A stretch of 64,000 nt of DNA, taken from positions 105,092 through 169,091 of the forward strand of contig JACRJX010000008.1 of NCBI GenBank assembly GCA_016235595.1, in the 5' to 3' direction. Numbering within the stretch: the stretch's first letter is position 1; every line of letters begins with the position of its first letter. Source of the stretch: Verrucomicrobiota bacterium. GTDB taxonomy: Bacteria > Verrucomicrobiota > Verrucomicrobiia > CAIQCK01. The notes under the pieces are model-generated. The model was not told the origin of the DNA, ran no database searches, and saw only the letters and a program-made list of their open reading frames with translations. Shown here piece after piece: positions 38,639 through 48,700 of the stretch. A program made the translations under genes and the position numbers.

Positions 38639-39550
38639 TCAAGTCACCACGACGCGCAGCGCGCCCGGTTCCACGGAAAACTCAGCCGGGCAGTCCTTCC
38701 ATAACTCGCCGTCGAGTTCCGTCGCCGCCGGCTGCGGCGACTCCACGCGCACCTGTCTGGCCCTGAAGTAATGAACGTCCGCCAGCTTCGGATGAGATGC
38801 GGTCAGCACGCGCGGGATGTAGCGCAGCACATCGAGCACGCGTCCGCCCTCGAAGACGCACACCTCCAACATCCCGTCGTCCAGCCGCGCCTCCGGGAAC
38901 ATGCGGTATGACCCACCGTAAAACCGGCCGTTCCCGACGAACACGAAGCATCCCTCGCAGCGCCGGTCGCCAGCCGTGATCGTCAGCCGAGGCAAACCGC
39001 GGGCCACGGTGCGGAATCCATTGATGACGTAGGAGAGCCAGTTGATTTGCTTCTTCAACTTCAAGTCGAGCGTCGCAATCGCCATCGCGTCGAAACCCGC
39101 GCCAGCCAGTTGCGCAAAGTATCGGCGCTCCCCGCCGCCCGCGCGCTCCCCGCCGCCCGCGCGCGCCACGCCCACGTCCACGCGCCGTTCGTGGCCCGCC
39201 GCGATCACGCGCCACGCCGCGTCCACAAAGAGCGGCAGTCCCAGTTCCCTCGCATAGACGTTCGCCGTGCCCACCGGCACCACGCCGAGCCGGGGCCGCG
39301 CATCCGATGGCACGCGCATCAGCCCGTTGACCACTTCATTGATCGTTCCATCGCCACCGGCGGCCACCACGGTGCCGCAACCATCGCGCGCTGCTTGCTC
39401 CGCCAACGCGGCCGCGTGACCGGCCTCCTTCGTTGGCAGGAACGTTGCGCCGCCTGCCAGCTCGCGCAATTGGCGCAGCCGCGCCTGCGCGCGATCGCCG
39501 CGAGCCGTGGGATTGAAGATGATGCAGGTGTCAGCCACAGTTTGAGGCAT
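38639..39550 (-). CDS. Diacylglycerol/lipid kinase family protein (YegS/BmrU-like)
   Basis: 'IIFNPTARGDRA' and 'AAGGDGTINEVVNGL' DAGK catalytic-domain motifs. Confidence 0.85.
   Translation of the reverse strand: MPQTVADTCIIFNPTARGDRAQARLRQLRELAGGATFLPTKEAGHAAALAEQAARDGCGTVVAAGGDGTINEVVNGLMRVPSDARPRLGVVPVGTANVYARELGLPLFVDAAWRVIAAGHERRVDVGVARAGGGERAGGGERRYFAQLAGAGFDAMAIATLDLKLKKQINWLSYVINGFRTVARGLPRLTITAGDRRCEGCFVFVGNGRFYGGSYRMFPEARLDDGMLEVCVFEGGRVLDVLRYIPRVLTASHPKLADVHYFRARQVRVESPQPAATELDGELWKDCPAEFSVEPGALRVVVT
39127..39162. repeat. Perfect 18-bp tandem duplication inside the lipid-kinase gene
   Basis: 'gctccccgccgcccgcgc' x2. It encodes an in-frame duplicated hexapeptide (…GGGERAGGGER…). 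Confidence 0.9.
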
Positions 39551-39583
39551 TGTATCGGCGCGCGATGCGATTACAATGGTCTC

Positions 39584-40153
39584 ATGCGAATCATTGCCGG
39601 TCTTGCAGGAGGTATCCCGCTCGCCATGCCGCGCGGCGCGGGTGACGTGCGTCCCACGCCGGACAAAGTGAAAGGCGCGGTCTTCTCCAGTCTTGGTGAA
39701 CTGGTCGTCGGCGCGCGCGTGCTGGACCTCTACGCCGGCAGCGGCGCGCTCGGCATCGAGGCACTCAGCCGCGGCGCGGCCACCGCGACGTTTGTGGACC
39801 AGTCGCGCTCTTGCATTGCTGCCATCGAAAAAAACCTGGCGTCAGCGCGATTGGAAACAGCCGCCACGGTTCTGCAATGCGATATCCACCGTGCACTGCG
39901 CCGGTTGGGCGGGGAATCGCGCTTCACGCTCGTTCTTGCCGACCCACCTTATGCGAAAATGCCCGGCCGGTCATCGTTGGCACAGGAGCTTCTCGACAAC
40001 GCCGACCTGACCGCCGTGATGGAGCCAGACGGCTGGTTGATTTTGGAGCATTACAAGAACGACGCGTTGAAACCGCCTCCGGCGTGGCGATTCAGCCGCC
40101 AGCAACGGCACGGGGATACGCTGGTGAGTTTCTTCGCGCGGGCGGAGGGTTGA
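39584..40153 (+). CDS. rsmD: 16S rRNA (guanine966-N2)-methyltransferase
   Basis: 'MRIIAG...RPTPDKVKGAVFS', 'VLDLYAGSGALGIEALSRGA' and 'LADPPY'. Confidence 0.88.
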   Translation: MRIIAGLAGGIPLAMPRGAGDVRPTPDKVKGAVFSSLGELVVGARVLDLYAGSGALGIEALSRGAATATFVDQSRSCIAAIEKNLASARLETAATVLQCDIHRALRRLGGESRFTLVLADPPYAKMPGRSSLAQELLDNADLTAVMEPDGWLILEHYKNDALKPPPAWRFSRQQRHGDTLVSFFARAEG

Positions 40154-40163
40154 TGACTCGCGG

Positions 40164-41765
40164 TCAGCGCGCCGCACCGGTGCGCCACCAACCGTGGACA
40201 CGCGGCGAAATCTCTTTCTTCGCTGCGATGAAATCCATCACCGCCTGCCGCACCGGGTAATCCATCTCCACCAGCTTCGCCTGCGGCGCATCGGCGATGG
40301 CGCGGAGCCGTGCCTTGCGCGTGCCGGCGCCGGCAAGGTCGAAGCTGTTCACCGCCACGCGCAGCCGCCGGCCGGGTGCAAACGGTTCGCCAGCCTCGTC
40401 GGCCATGGAAACAACCCGCTGGCCACGCGGCGCGGTGACCCGCAGCGCGAGCTTCATGCCATAGACGCCGGTGAAATGATAACGCGAGTAATTCGCGGCG
40501 TTCTCTTCCAGAATCTCCCGAAGTTCCGCCGGTGTGACCTCGAACACACCGATGAAATTCTCGAACGGCACCATCGACCAGCAGTCCGAGACCTTGATGG
40601 GGCCTTTCTTCAAACCGGCCAATTCGTTCAGGACGCCGTGGATCACGATGTCCGCCGGATGGCCCGCACGCTGGCAGCGGTCGAGGATCGCCTCGCAAAG
40701 CAGGTTGTGCACCGGCGTCTCGCGGGCCGGCGCGCCCGTGATGGAAAACTCCTCCGTGGCCGTGCCGATGACTCGCGCCAGTTCACGATCGCTGGCGTCG
40801 AGGTCCGGCTGGACGAGCGCGAGGAGTTCGGAATCCTGCGGCACGCTGGCGTCCATCCTGATGAGGCGCGATTTGCGGCTGGTGAGCCTGCGTTGGGTGG
40901 TGTCGTAGACCAGGTCCAGCCGGCCGAGGCTGTGGCCCCAGTGGCCTGATTGACTGTAGAGGATGCCGCGCACCATCTCGTCCGGCACCGCGCGATGAGT
41001 GTGGCCGCCGATGATGGCGGAGAGTTCCGGAATCCAGGATGCGATTGAGAAGATTTCGTTGGCGCCATCGTCCGTCGTGTTCCGGAGACCTTGATGCGCC
41101 GCCAGCACAATGATGTCGGGTTTCTGGTGTTTCAGTTCCGGCAGCACACGTTGCAGCGTTTCCACCGATGGAGCGAACGTCATGCCGCCAATCAACCGCG
41201 GCCGGCTCCAGGTTGGAATTCCCGGCGTGGTCAATCCGACGACCGCCACGCGCACGCCGTCCATTTCCTTGATGATGAACGGCCGCACTTTGCCGGCGAC
41301 GGCTTTCGGCGCCGTGGCGTCACAGCGGAGGTTGGCTGCGAGAACGGGCGCTTGCGACGCCTCGACGCACTGCGCGAGCTTCTCCCGGCCCCAGTCGAAT
41401 TCGTGGTTTCCCAATACCCACGCGTCGTAGCGGAGATGATTCAGCGCGCGGATCATCATCAAGCCGCCACTCATGAAACTGGCCGGCGTGCCCTGCATCG
41501 TGTCGCCGGCGTCCACCAGCAGGCAGTTCGGCGTCCCGGCGCGGATTCGCTTGATGGCCGTCGCGCAACGCGCCAAACCGCCGAGATCGTTGCCAGCGTC
41601 CTCCTTCGGATAAAGGACGTCAACGGGTTGGATGTGGCCGTGCAGATCGGTCGTGTGGAGGATCGTGATGGAAACCTCGCGCGCCGCGAGACCCGTCAGC
41701 CCGCCCGGCAGCAGGAGCAGGCCGAGCACGCAGCGCAGAAAGAAGGATTCCCGTTTGTGTTTCAC
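40164..41765 (-). CDS. Bifunctional metallophosphatase / 5'-nucleotidase
   Basis: GTG start overlapping the ppx stop (GTGA). 'ILHTTDLHGH', 'DAGDTMQG', 'GNHEFD' and a C-terminal 5'-nucleotidase domain. Confidence 0.85.
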   Translation of the reverse strand: MKHKRESFFLRCVLGLLLLPGGLTGLAAREVSITILHTTDLHGHIQPVDVLYPKEDAGNDLGGLARCATAIKRIRAGTPNCLLVDAGDTMQGTPASFMSGGLMMIRALNHLRYDAWVLGNHEFDWGREKLAQCVEASQAPVLAANLRCDATAPKAVAGKVRPFIIKEMDGVRVAVVGLTTPGIPTWSRPRLIGGMTFAPSVETLQRVLPELKHQKPDIIVLAAHQGLRNTTDDGANEIFSIASWIPELSAIIGGHTHRAVPDEMVRGILYSQSGHWGHSLGRLDLVYDTTQRRLTSRKSRLIRMDASVPQDSELLALVQPDLDASDRELARVIGTATEEFSITGAPARETPVHNLLCEAILDRCQRAGHPADIVIHGVLNELAGLKKGPIKVSDCWSMVPFENFIGVFEVTPAELREILEENAANYSRYHFTGVYGMKLALRVTAPRGQRVVSMADEAGEPFAPGRRLRVAVNSFDLAGAGTRKARLRAIADAPQAKLVEMDYPVRQAVMDFIAAKKEISPRVHGWWRTGAAR

Positions 41766-42691
41766 GGGAGCAATCCGCACTTCTCCGCCAAAAGTCCAAA
41801 CCGCAGTCCGCGCGTGCTGACGGTGAGCCGCTCGATGCCGGCCATCTCCATCGCCACCACATACACCACCAACCCGGCGACGATGATATCGGCACGCTTC
41901 GGCGGCAAACCCGGCACGTTGCGCCGCTCGGCCAGCGGCAGGCGCCGCAGCCGTTCCAGCATCCCGGCCAGGCGCTGCCGCGTCAGTGAGTAGCGGTTGA
42001 TTTTCTCGACGGAGAACCGCGCGAGCGATTGGTCTATCGCCGCCGCTGTCGTCACCGTGCCGCCCGTGCCGATCATGATGCGGCCGTCGAGTGGAAACCG
42101 GGCCAGCGCCGGCTGGAGGCATTCCCGCGCGTGCGCCCGCAGCGATTCCAGTTCATCGTCCGGGATCGGGTCGCCTCGCACAAACCGCTCTGTCAGCCGC
42201 ACCGCGCCAACCGGGAGGCAGACACGATCTTCGGCCCGTCCGTTCTGGCCGACGATGAGTTCCCCGCTGCCACCGCCGACATCCATCACAAGCAACCGCT
42301 GGCCACGGATGCTGGCGTCGGTGCTGACGCCGGCAAAGATCAGTTCCGCTTCGCGCTCGCCGCTGATGATCTCGACTTCGAGGCCGGCCACTTCCCGCAC
42401 GCGCGCAAGAAATTGCCCGGTGTTTCCAGCTTCGCGCGCGCCACTGGTCGAGACGGCGAATATCGCCGTCGCTCCCATCTCGCGCGCCCTGGCGGCAAAC
42501 GCCGCGATGCCAGCCGCCGTGCGTTCGATGGCTTCCGGCGCGAGACGTTTCGTTGCCGAGACGTTTTCGCCCAACCGCGTCGTCTGGCTGTCCTCATGGA
42601 GCGCGGCAAGCGCGCCGTCTTCAGTCGCAGCCACGAGTAGTTTGATCGTATTGGTGCCGATGTCTATCGCGGCAAGACGGTTGGTGGTCAT
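41762..42691 (-). CDS. Ppx/GppA-family exopolyphosphatase
   Basis: 'LAAIDIGTNTIKLLV', 'MDVGGGSGE' and an actin-like ATPase fold pattern. Confidence 0.88.
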   Translation of the reverse strand: MTTNRLAAIDIGTNTIKLLVAATEDGALAALHEDSQTTRLGENVSATKRLAPEAIERTAAGIAAFAARAREMGATAIFAVSTSGAREAGNTGQFLARVREVAGLEVEIISGEREAELIFAGVSTDASIRGQRLLVMDVGGGSGELIVGQNGRAEDRVCLPVGAVRLTERFVRGDPIPDDELESLRAHARECLQPALARFPLDGRIMIGTGGTVTTAAAIDQSLARFSVEKINRYSLTRQRLAGMLERLRRLPLAERRNVPGLPPKRADIIVAGLVVYVVAMEMAGIERLTVSTRGLRFGLLAEKCGLLP

Positions 42692-42887
42692 GGTGGCTGA
42701 GTTGATCGGGCGGCGATGATAGCCCCGCGCCGCCGCCGGTCAACCGCGGAATGGACAGCTCTTGAAAAGCCAACTCCAAGCACCAGACAATCACCCCTGC
42801 GCTACGCTGCGCGTCCTGAAGCTTGGTGTTTGGCTTTTTTTGGAGTTTGAGATTTGGAACCTGGAATTCTCCAGTCGCCTTGCCTGC

Positions 42888-43655
42888 TCACCATTCCATC
42901 AACTCTGTCTTGCCCGTGAGTTGGTCAAACCGGCGCTGGATCATTTCGTCGCGCTTGGCCTTGCGCTTCTCCAGCGCCTCGCGCACTTCCTTCACCTCGC
43001 GTTCAAGTTGTTGCAGGTTTCGTTCGCGCTCCTGCTGGCGCAGGTCGAAGAGTTTGGTCAGAACTTCCTTCAACTCCGTGGCCGCCGCCTTCTTGATGTC
43101 TTCATCCGTCGCGCGGCGGATCTTCTGGCCCAATTCCACCGTTTGCCGTTCCATCTCGGCCATTTGCTGTTGCTGCCGGAACCGCTCCGGATCGCGGCGC
43201 TTTAACTCGTTCATCTCACGCGCCTGCATGGCAATACCGCGCAGCATGTCGCGCCCTTCTTCGAACCGCTTCTCTTGATACAGTTTTCGCGCCAGCTCGA
43301 TCCGGTCTTTCAGCGGCTCGGCAAATTCCTTGAACGCCTCCGCGTGATGCCCCATCTCGCGACGGAGCGCCACCTCGAAATCCATTGGTGCAGCGCCGCG
43401 CATCGGCATGCGCCGATCCAGACCGCGACCGTCCGGCCCTCCTGGCTCGCCATCGCGGAGCGGTGGCGGCGGTGGGCGCATGTCGCCGCGATCACCAGCG
43501 GGGGGCGGCAACGGCGGGCGCATCTCTCCCCGTGCGCCATCAGGAGGCGGTTCGGGGCGCGCTTCGTCCTTTGGCTGCGGAGGTGGGGCGGGCGGCTCTT
43601 GAGCCACAGCCAGGCCCGCGCTCATCAGTGCAATCAAAATCCATTGTAACTTCAT
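42888..43655 (-). CDS. Periplasmic proline-rich / coiled-coil protein (last gene of the ECF sigma operon)
   Basis: Signal peptide, internal repeat 'GEMRPPLPPP / GDMRPPPPP', then a long charged helical region. Confidence 0.5.
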   Translation of the reverse strand: MKLQWILIALMSAGLAVAQEPPAPPPQPKDEARPEPPPDGARGEMRPPLPPPAGDRGDMRPPPPPLRDGEPGGPDGRGLDRRMPMRGAAPMDFEVALRREMGHHAEAFKEFAEPLKDRIELARKLYQEKRFEEGRDMLRGIAMQAREMNELKRRDPERFRQQQQMAEMERQTVELGQKIRRATDEDIKKAAATELKEVLTKLFDLRQQERERNLQQLEREVKEVREALEKRKAKRDEMIQRRFDQLTGKTELMEW

Positions 43656-43667
43656 ATTTCTTGCCTC

Positions 43668-44201
43668 CTAAAAACCGGTTGATCCATCGCGCAGATCGTT
43701 CAGCGCGACACGCAGACCGGAAATGCGATTGTCCAACGACGAACTGATGGTTGCATCCGCCTGCGCCAGTTGGATGTGTTCCGACAACGCCGCGCTGTCG
43801 GCATCCCAGGACGTTTCGGTCGCGGCGGTTTGAGTGGCTGTGTGAACACCCTGAGCCGCCAGTTGGACAGGCGGCTGCGGCCAGAACTTGATGGCGACGG
43901 ATACGGCCAGCGCGACGGCTGTCACCGCGACCGCCTGCCACAACGCCGGGCGCAACTGCGCAAAGAAGCCCATGAGGCGCGACCGGGGTTGCGCGACCGC
44001 GAGCACAGCTTCAACCGTATCCCGCGACGGCCGCGGCGTCGGCTCACGGCGAAACTCCGTCAGCGCCGCACGCGATGCTTCAGCCGCCTGGCGGCACAAG
44101 GCGCAACCGGCCAGATGCGACTTCAGTTCAGCCGCATCGGCCTCGGAAGCCTCTCCGTAGAGGTCCAGCATCAACACTTCGTTGGCTTGTTTGCAGTTCA
44201 C
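43668..44201 (-). CDS. Putative zf-HC2 anti-sigma factor
   Basis: 'HLAGCALCRQ' zinc-finger motif near the N-terminus, one TM segment, located immediately downstream of the ECF sigma gene. Confidence 0.6.
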   Translation of the reverse strand: MNCKQANEVLMLDLYGEASEADAAELKSHLAGCALCRQAAEASRAALTEFRREPTPRPSRDTVEAVLAVAQPRSRLMGFFAQLRPALWQAVAVTAVALAVSVAIKFWPQPPVQLAAQGVHTATQTAATETSWDADSAALSEHIQLAQADATISSSLDNRISGLRVALNDLRDGSTGF

Positions 44202-44208
44202 TTCAACG

Positions 44209-44802
44209 TCACTCCGTTATGCCGTCCGCTTCCAGTTCCTTCCGCAGGTGTTTCAGCGCCGCCGACATCCGCCAGAGCACCGTGCCGAGCGGCGCGTCGG
44301 TCATCGCGGCGATTTCCTTGAAACTCACGCCGCTGTGCTCGCGCAGCAGGAACACCTGCCGCAGCGACGGCTGCATCGTCGCCAGCGCCGCCTCAATCCG
44401 GCTCAGCGTCTGGCGCCGCTCCGTCTCGACCGACGCGCTCGGCCCGTTCGCGGACAGTTCCACGGTCGTCTCCTCGTCATCCACCGACACTGTTTTCCAG
44501 CGTTTGCGCCGGCGCATCTCGTCAATGGCCAGCCGGTTCGCGATGGTAAAGAGCCATCGGCTGAACTTCTGTTCGGCCCGGTAGCGGCCTGCTTCCCGCA
44601 CGACCCGCACCCAGGTTTCCTGGAAGAGGTCTTCCGCCAGCGCGCGGTCACCAGCCATGCGGATCAAGAACCCAAATAGCGCCGACTGGTGCCGCGCCAG
44701 CAACGTCTCGAACGCCGCCGCGTCACCATTACGATACTGTTCAAAGAGCGAGTCATCGGATGGCTCCACGTTGTTCACCTGTAATAACGGTTGGTCGGGC
44801 AT
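44209..44802 (-). CDS. ECF-type RNA polymerase sigma-70 factor
   Basis: Region 2 'LFGFLIRMAGDRALAEDLFQETWVRV' and region 4 'FKEIAAMTDAPLGTVLWRM'. Start uncertain (ATGs at 44802, 44817, 44820 and 44862). Confidence 0.85.
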   Translation of the reverse strand: MPDQPLLQVNNVEPSDDSLFEQYRNGDAAAFETLLARHQSALFGFLIRMAGDRALAEDLFQETWVRVVREAGRYRAEQKFSRWLFTIANRLAIDEMRRRKRWKTVSVDDEETTVELSANGPSASVETERRQTLSRIEAALATMQPSLRQVFLLREHSGVSFKEIAAMTDAPLGTVLWRMSAALKHLRKELEADGITE

Positions 44803-44927
44803 TTTATTGGCGGCCATCATTATAGCGGATTGGCCGGGAAAACCGAGCAGGATTCCCGCCACTGGCGCGCCCGCCTTCGCGGCGAGAATCGTTGCGGTTG
44901 GGGCCGGCCCATGCTAATCATCCCATC

Positions 44928-45632
44928 ATGTCCACCGCGACCGCCAGTGACGCCAGCGGACTCCAGGCGCGCGAGCTCACGCGCGATTACCCGACGCGCG
45001 CCGAGCCGTTGCGCATTCTGCGCGGCGTCAACCTCTCTCTCGCCCGCGGCAACGCGCTCGCCGTCACCGGACCTTCCGGTTCCGGCAAGAGCACGCTGCT
45101 GCACGTCTTCGGCGCGCTCGACCGGCCGACCGCCGGTGAGGTGCTCATCAACGGCCGCAATCCGTTTGCGCTGCCGGAGCCGGAGTTGGCCGCGTTTCGC
45201 AACCGCGAGATCGGCTTCGTTTTTCAAGAGCACTACCTGTTGCCGCAATGCTCCGTTTTGGAGAACGTCCTTGTGCCAACCCTCGTCGCGCCCGACGCCG
45301 ACGCCGGCGTCGCGGAGCGCGCGCGAATGCTGCTCGATCGCGTCGGCCTTGCCCGCCGGCTTGATCATCGCCCGGCGGAACTCTCCGGCGGCGAGCGACA
45401 GCGCGTCGCCATCGCCCGCGCGCTCATCAACCGGCCCACGTTGCTGCTCTGCGACGAACCAACCGGCAACCTCGACCGTGTCACCGCCCGTGCGGTGGCC
45501 GACGTGATTCTCGAAATGGCGCGCGCCGAAAACGCCACGCTGATCGTAGTGACGCACAGCGCCGAGCTGGCCGCGCGCCTGCCAAAGAGGATGGAACTCG
45601 TGGAAGGAAAGCTGGAGGAAGGAAATGGGTGA
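44928..45632 (+). CDS. ABC transporter ATP-binding protein (LolD/MacB-type)
   Basis: '[11 protein letters not shown]', '[15 protein letters not shown]' and '[12 protein letters not shown]'. Confidence 0.92.
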   Translation: MSTATASDASGLQARELTRDYPTRAEPLRILRGVNLSLARGNALAVTGPSGSGKSTLLHVFGALDRPTAGEVLINGRNPFALPEPELAAFRNREIGFVFQEHYLLPQCSVLENVLVPTLVAPDADAGVAERARMLLDRVGLARRLDHRPAELSGGERQRVAIARALINRPTLLLCDEPTGNLDRVTARAVADVILEMARAENATLIVVTHSAELAARLPKRMELVEGKLEEGNG

Positions 45633-45756
45633 ATCGGGATTAGTAACTCGTAATCCGTAATTCGTGATTCGTTAGTCGTTGGTCATGCGAGTGAGCGTTC
45701 CGAACCCCGAATCACGAGTCACGAGTCTCGAATCACAAATCCCGAGCCCCGAATCC
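45629..45756. repeat. Inverted arrays of degenerate heptamers filling the ATPase-permease spacer
   Basis: Arm 1: gtaactc gtaatcc gtaattc gtgattc gttagtc gttggtc. Arm 2: cgaatca cgagtca cgagtct cgaatca caaatcc cgagccc cgaatcc. Central loop of about 16 nt between the arms. Confidence 0.85.
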
Positions 45757-45774
45757 CAAACGCCCCCTACCGCC

Positions 45775-48700
45775 ATGAACCTCCGCACGCTTTTCCTCCG
45801 CAGCCTCCGCCACCACTGGCGCAGTCTGCTTGCCGTCAGCCTCGGCGCGGCTGTCGGCACCGCCGTGCTCACCGGCTCGCTCATCGTCGGCGACTCCATG
45901 CGCGCCAGCCTGCGCGATTTGACGCTGGAGCGGCTCGGCCGCGTGGATTGCGCATTGGTCGCCGCGCGGCTCTTTCGGGAACAACTCGCTGCCGACCTCA
46001 ACGCCGCGCCCGCCATCATGCTCCGCGGCAGCGCGATGACCGATAACGCCCGCGCCGGACAAGTCAGCGTGCTCGGCGTGGACGACCGCTTCTGGAAGCT
46101 CGCCGATCATCCGCCCGCGACGCTGCCGCGCGATGGCGAGGTGCTGCTGAACGATACGCTCGCACATGAGCTGAACGCCAAGACTGGCGACCGAGTGTTG
46201 CTGCGGTTTGAGAAACCGTCCGCGGTGCCGCGCGATTCCATGATGGGCCGGCGCAGCGAAGTGGTAGCCACGGTGCCGCTGAACGTCGCCGCCATCATTC
46301 CATCGAGTGGCGTCGGCCGATTCGGTTTGCAGGCCAACCAGCAACTCCCGCGCAACGCCTTCGTGCCGTTGGCCACGCTCCAACGCACTCTCAAACTCGC
46401 CGGCCGCGCCAACGCGCTTTTCGTCACGGGCCCATCCGAACCCGCGGCGCTCCAGACGCGACTACATCAGTCATTGACGCTCGCTGACCTCGACCTGCAG
46501 TTGCGCGTCCAGCCGGCGCACGGTTGTGTGTCGCTCGAAAGCAGCCGGATGATTCTGGAGCCGGCCATCGCCAGCACCGCGTTCGCCGCCGCCGCCAAAC
46601 TCCACGCGCCCGCCGTGCCGACGCTGACGTATCTGGCGAACACCATCGCCGTCGGCCCGCGCGAGATTCCCTATTCGACCGTCACCGCGTTCGATCCGAA
46701 GACTCAGAATTCATCCGTTCTCTTGCGTCTCACGAGCGGCGAGCCCGCGCCCGCGCCCGGTGACGATGAGATTCTCCTGAACGAATGGGCGGCAACGGAT
46801 CTCGCGGCCAAACCCGGCGACACGGTGCGGCTCGCCTATTATGTGGTGGACGCGCAAAGCCAACTGCACACGGCGGAGCATGCGTTCAAGCTCGCCGGCG
46901 TGGTCTCGCTGGCCGGCGCCGCGACCGACCCGACGCTCACTCCGGACTATCCGGGCATCTCCGACGCGCAGACGATGGCGGACTGGGATCCGCCGTTTCC
47001 CGTGGACCTCAAGCGCGTGCGGCCGAAAGACGAGGATTATTGGGAAGAGCGTCGCGCGACGCCGAAAGCGTTCGTGTCGCTGGCCACCGGCCAGCGGTTG
47101 TGGTCGAGCCGGTTTGGCAACCTCACCGCCATTCGCCTTGCGCCGGCCGGGAGCGCGGGCGTTCAGCCCACCGAAGCGGACCTGCGAAAGATAGCGACGC
47201 TCTTTGAGAAAGAGCTTCTTGCCCGGCTCTCGCCCGATCAACTCGGCCTGGTCTTCCAGCCCGTGAAAGAACAAGGCTTGCGCGCGTCCGGTGGCGCAAC
47301 CGACTTCGGCCAGTTGTTCTTTGGCTTCAGCTTCTTCCTGATCATCTCGGCGGCGATGCTCGTGGCGCTGCTGTTCCGGCTCAGCGTGGAGCGGCGCGCG
47401 AAGGAAATCGGCATTCTGCTGGCGACGGGTTTTCCCGTGCGCGTCGTACGGCGGCTGTTGTTGCTGGAAGGTGGCGCCATCGCTGTCGCGGGCGGCGTGT
47501 TGGGGCTGTTCGGCGCCGTGGTTTACGGCTGGTTGATGATCGCCGGACTGCGCACGTGGTGGCTGCCGGCGGTCGGCACACCGTTCTTGAAACTGGCGTT
47601 GACCAGCGGTTCGCTCGCAGCCGGTTTCGCAGGCGGCGTGGCCGTGGCGCTGGCGTCCGTCTGGCGCACGGCGCGGTCGTTGCGACGACGCGAGCCGGTG
47701 ATGCTGCTCGCGGGCAGGTTCGCCGGTGAGGAAACGCCTGCCGCCGGCGCGCGCGCCGTGCGATGGCGCTGGTTCGTGGCGGGCGCGGCGCTGTTGGCAG
47801 CGGTGGCATCGCTCGGCGCATCGGCGTTCGGCGGAACAGAGCAGGCGGCAATGGGATTCTTCGGCGGCGGCGCGGCGCTGTTGGTCGCGGCGCTGGCGTT
47901 CGTGGACGGCTGGTTCCGCCGCGATTTGAGATCGTTCACGTCTGCGGCCGCAGCGCAACCGCCGCGCGCGCGCCGCGTGATGTGGCTCGGCGTCCGCAAC
48001 GGCGCGCGTCATCCGGGCCGCAGCGTGTTGACGGCGGGGCTGGTCGCGTCGGCAACATTTCTCATCATGGCGGTGACGGCATTCCACCAGACGCCGGGCG
48101 GCGGCGAGCCGGAGAAATCTTCCGGCGACGGCGGCTTCCGGTTGGTGGCGGAGTCGGACGTGCCGCTGCATCACGACTTGAACACGCCGAAAGGCCGCGA
48201 GGCGCTCGGCATGTCGTCCGCCGCCGCGACGCTGGCCGGCGTCCGCGTGACGCCGTTCCGGTTGCGGCCGGGCGACGACACGAGTTGCCTGAACCTCTAC
48301 GCGCCAGAACGGCCGCGCATCCTCGGCGTGACGGATGCAATGATCGAACGCGGCGGTTTCCGTTTCGCGGCGACGCTGGCCGGCAGCGCCGACGAGCGCG
48401 CGAACCCGTGGCTGCTGTTGCGGCGTGATTTCGGTCCTGACGTGGTGCCGGTGTTTGGCGACGCCAACACGGTGCAATGGATCCTGCACAGCGGTCTCGG
48501 CCAGGACCTCGTCATCACCGATGAGCACGGCGCGAAGGCGCGGCTGCGATTCGTGGGTCTTCTGGGCGGCAGCATTTTCCAAAGCGAACTGGTGATGGCG
48601 GAGTCGCGTTTCCTGAAACTGTTCCCGAGCCAGAGCGGCTACGGTTTCTTCCTGATCGAAGCGCCGATCGAGCGCGACCGGCAGGTGTCGAAAACGCTGG

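Noticed and set aside
42765-42838. Inverted repeat aaaagccaa/ccaagc … gcttgg/ttggctttt followed by a T-run, considered as a terminator
   Set aside because: The stem is imperfect and the loop is 39 nt. It is not a convincing intrinsic terminator and may be another repeat fragment; the adjacent 'ggagtttgagatttggaacctggaattctcc' is low complexity.
46711-48582. 623-aa ORF on the minus strand
   Set aside because: It is antisense to the large FtsX permease. It is extremely Arg/Ala-rich, a high-GC artefact.
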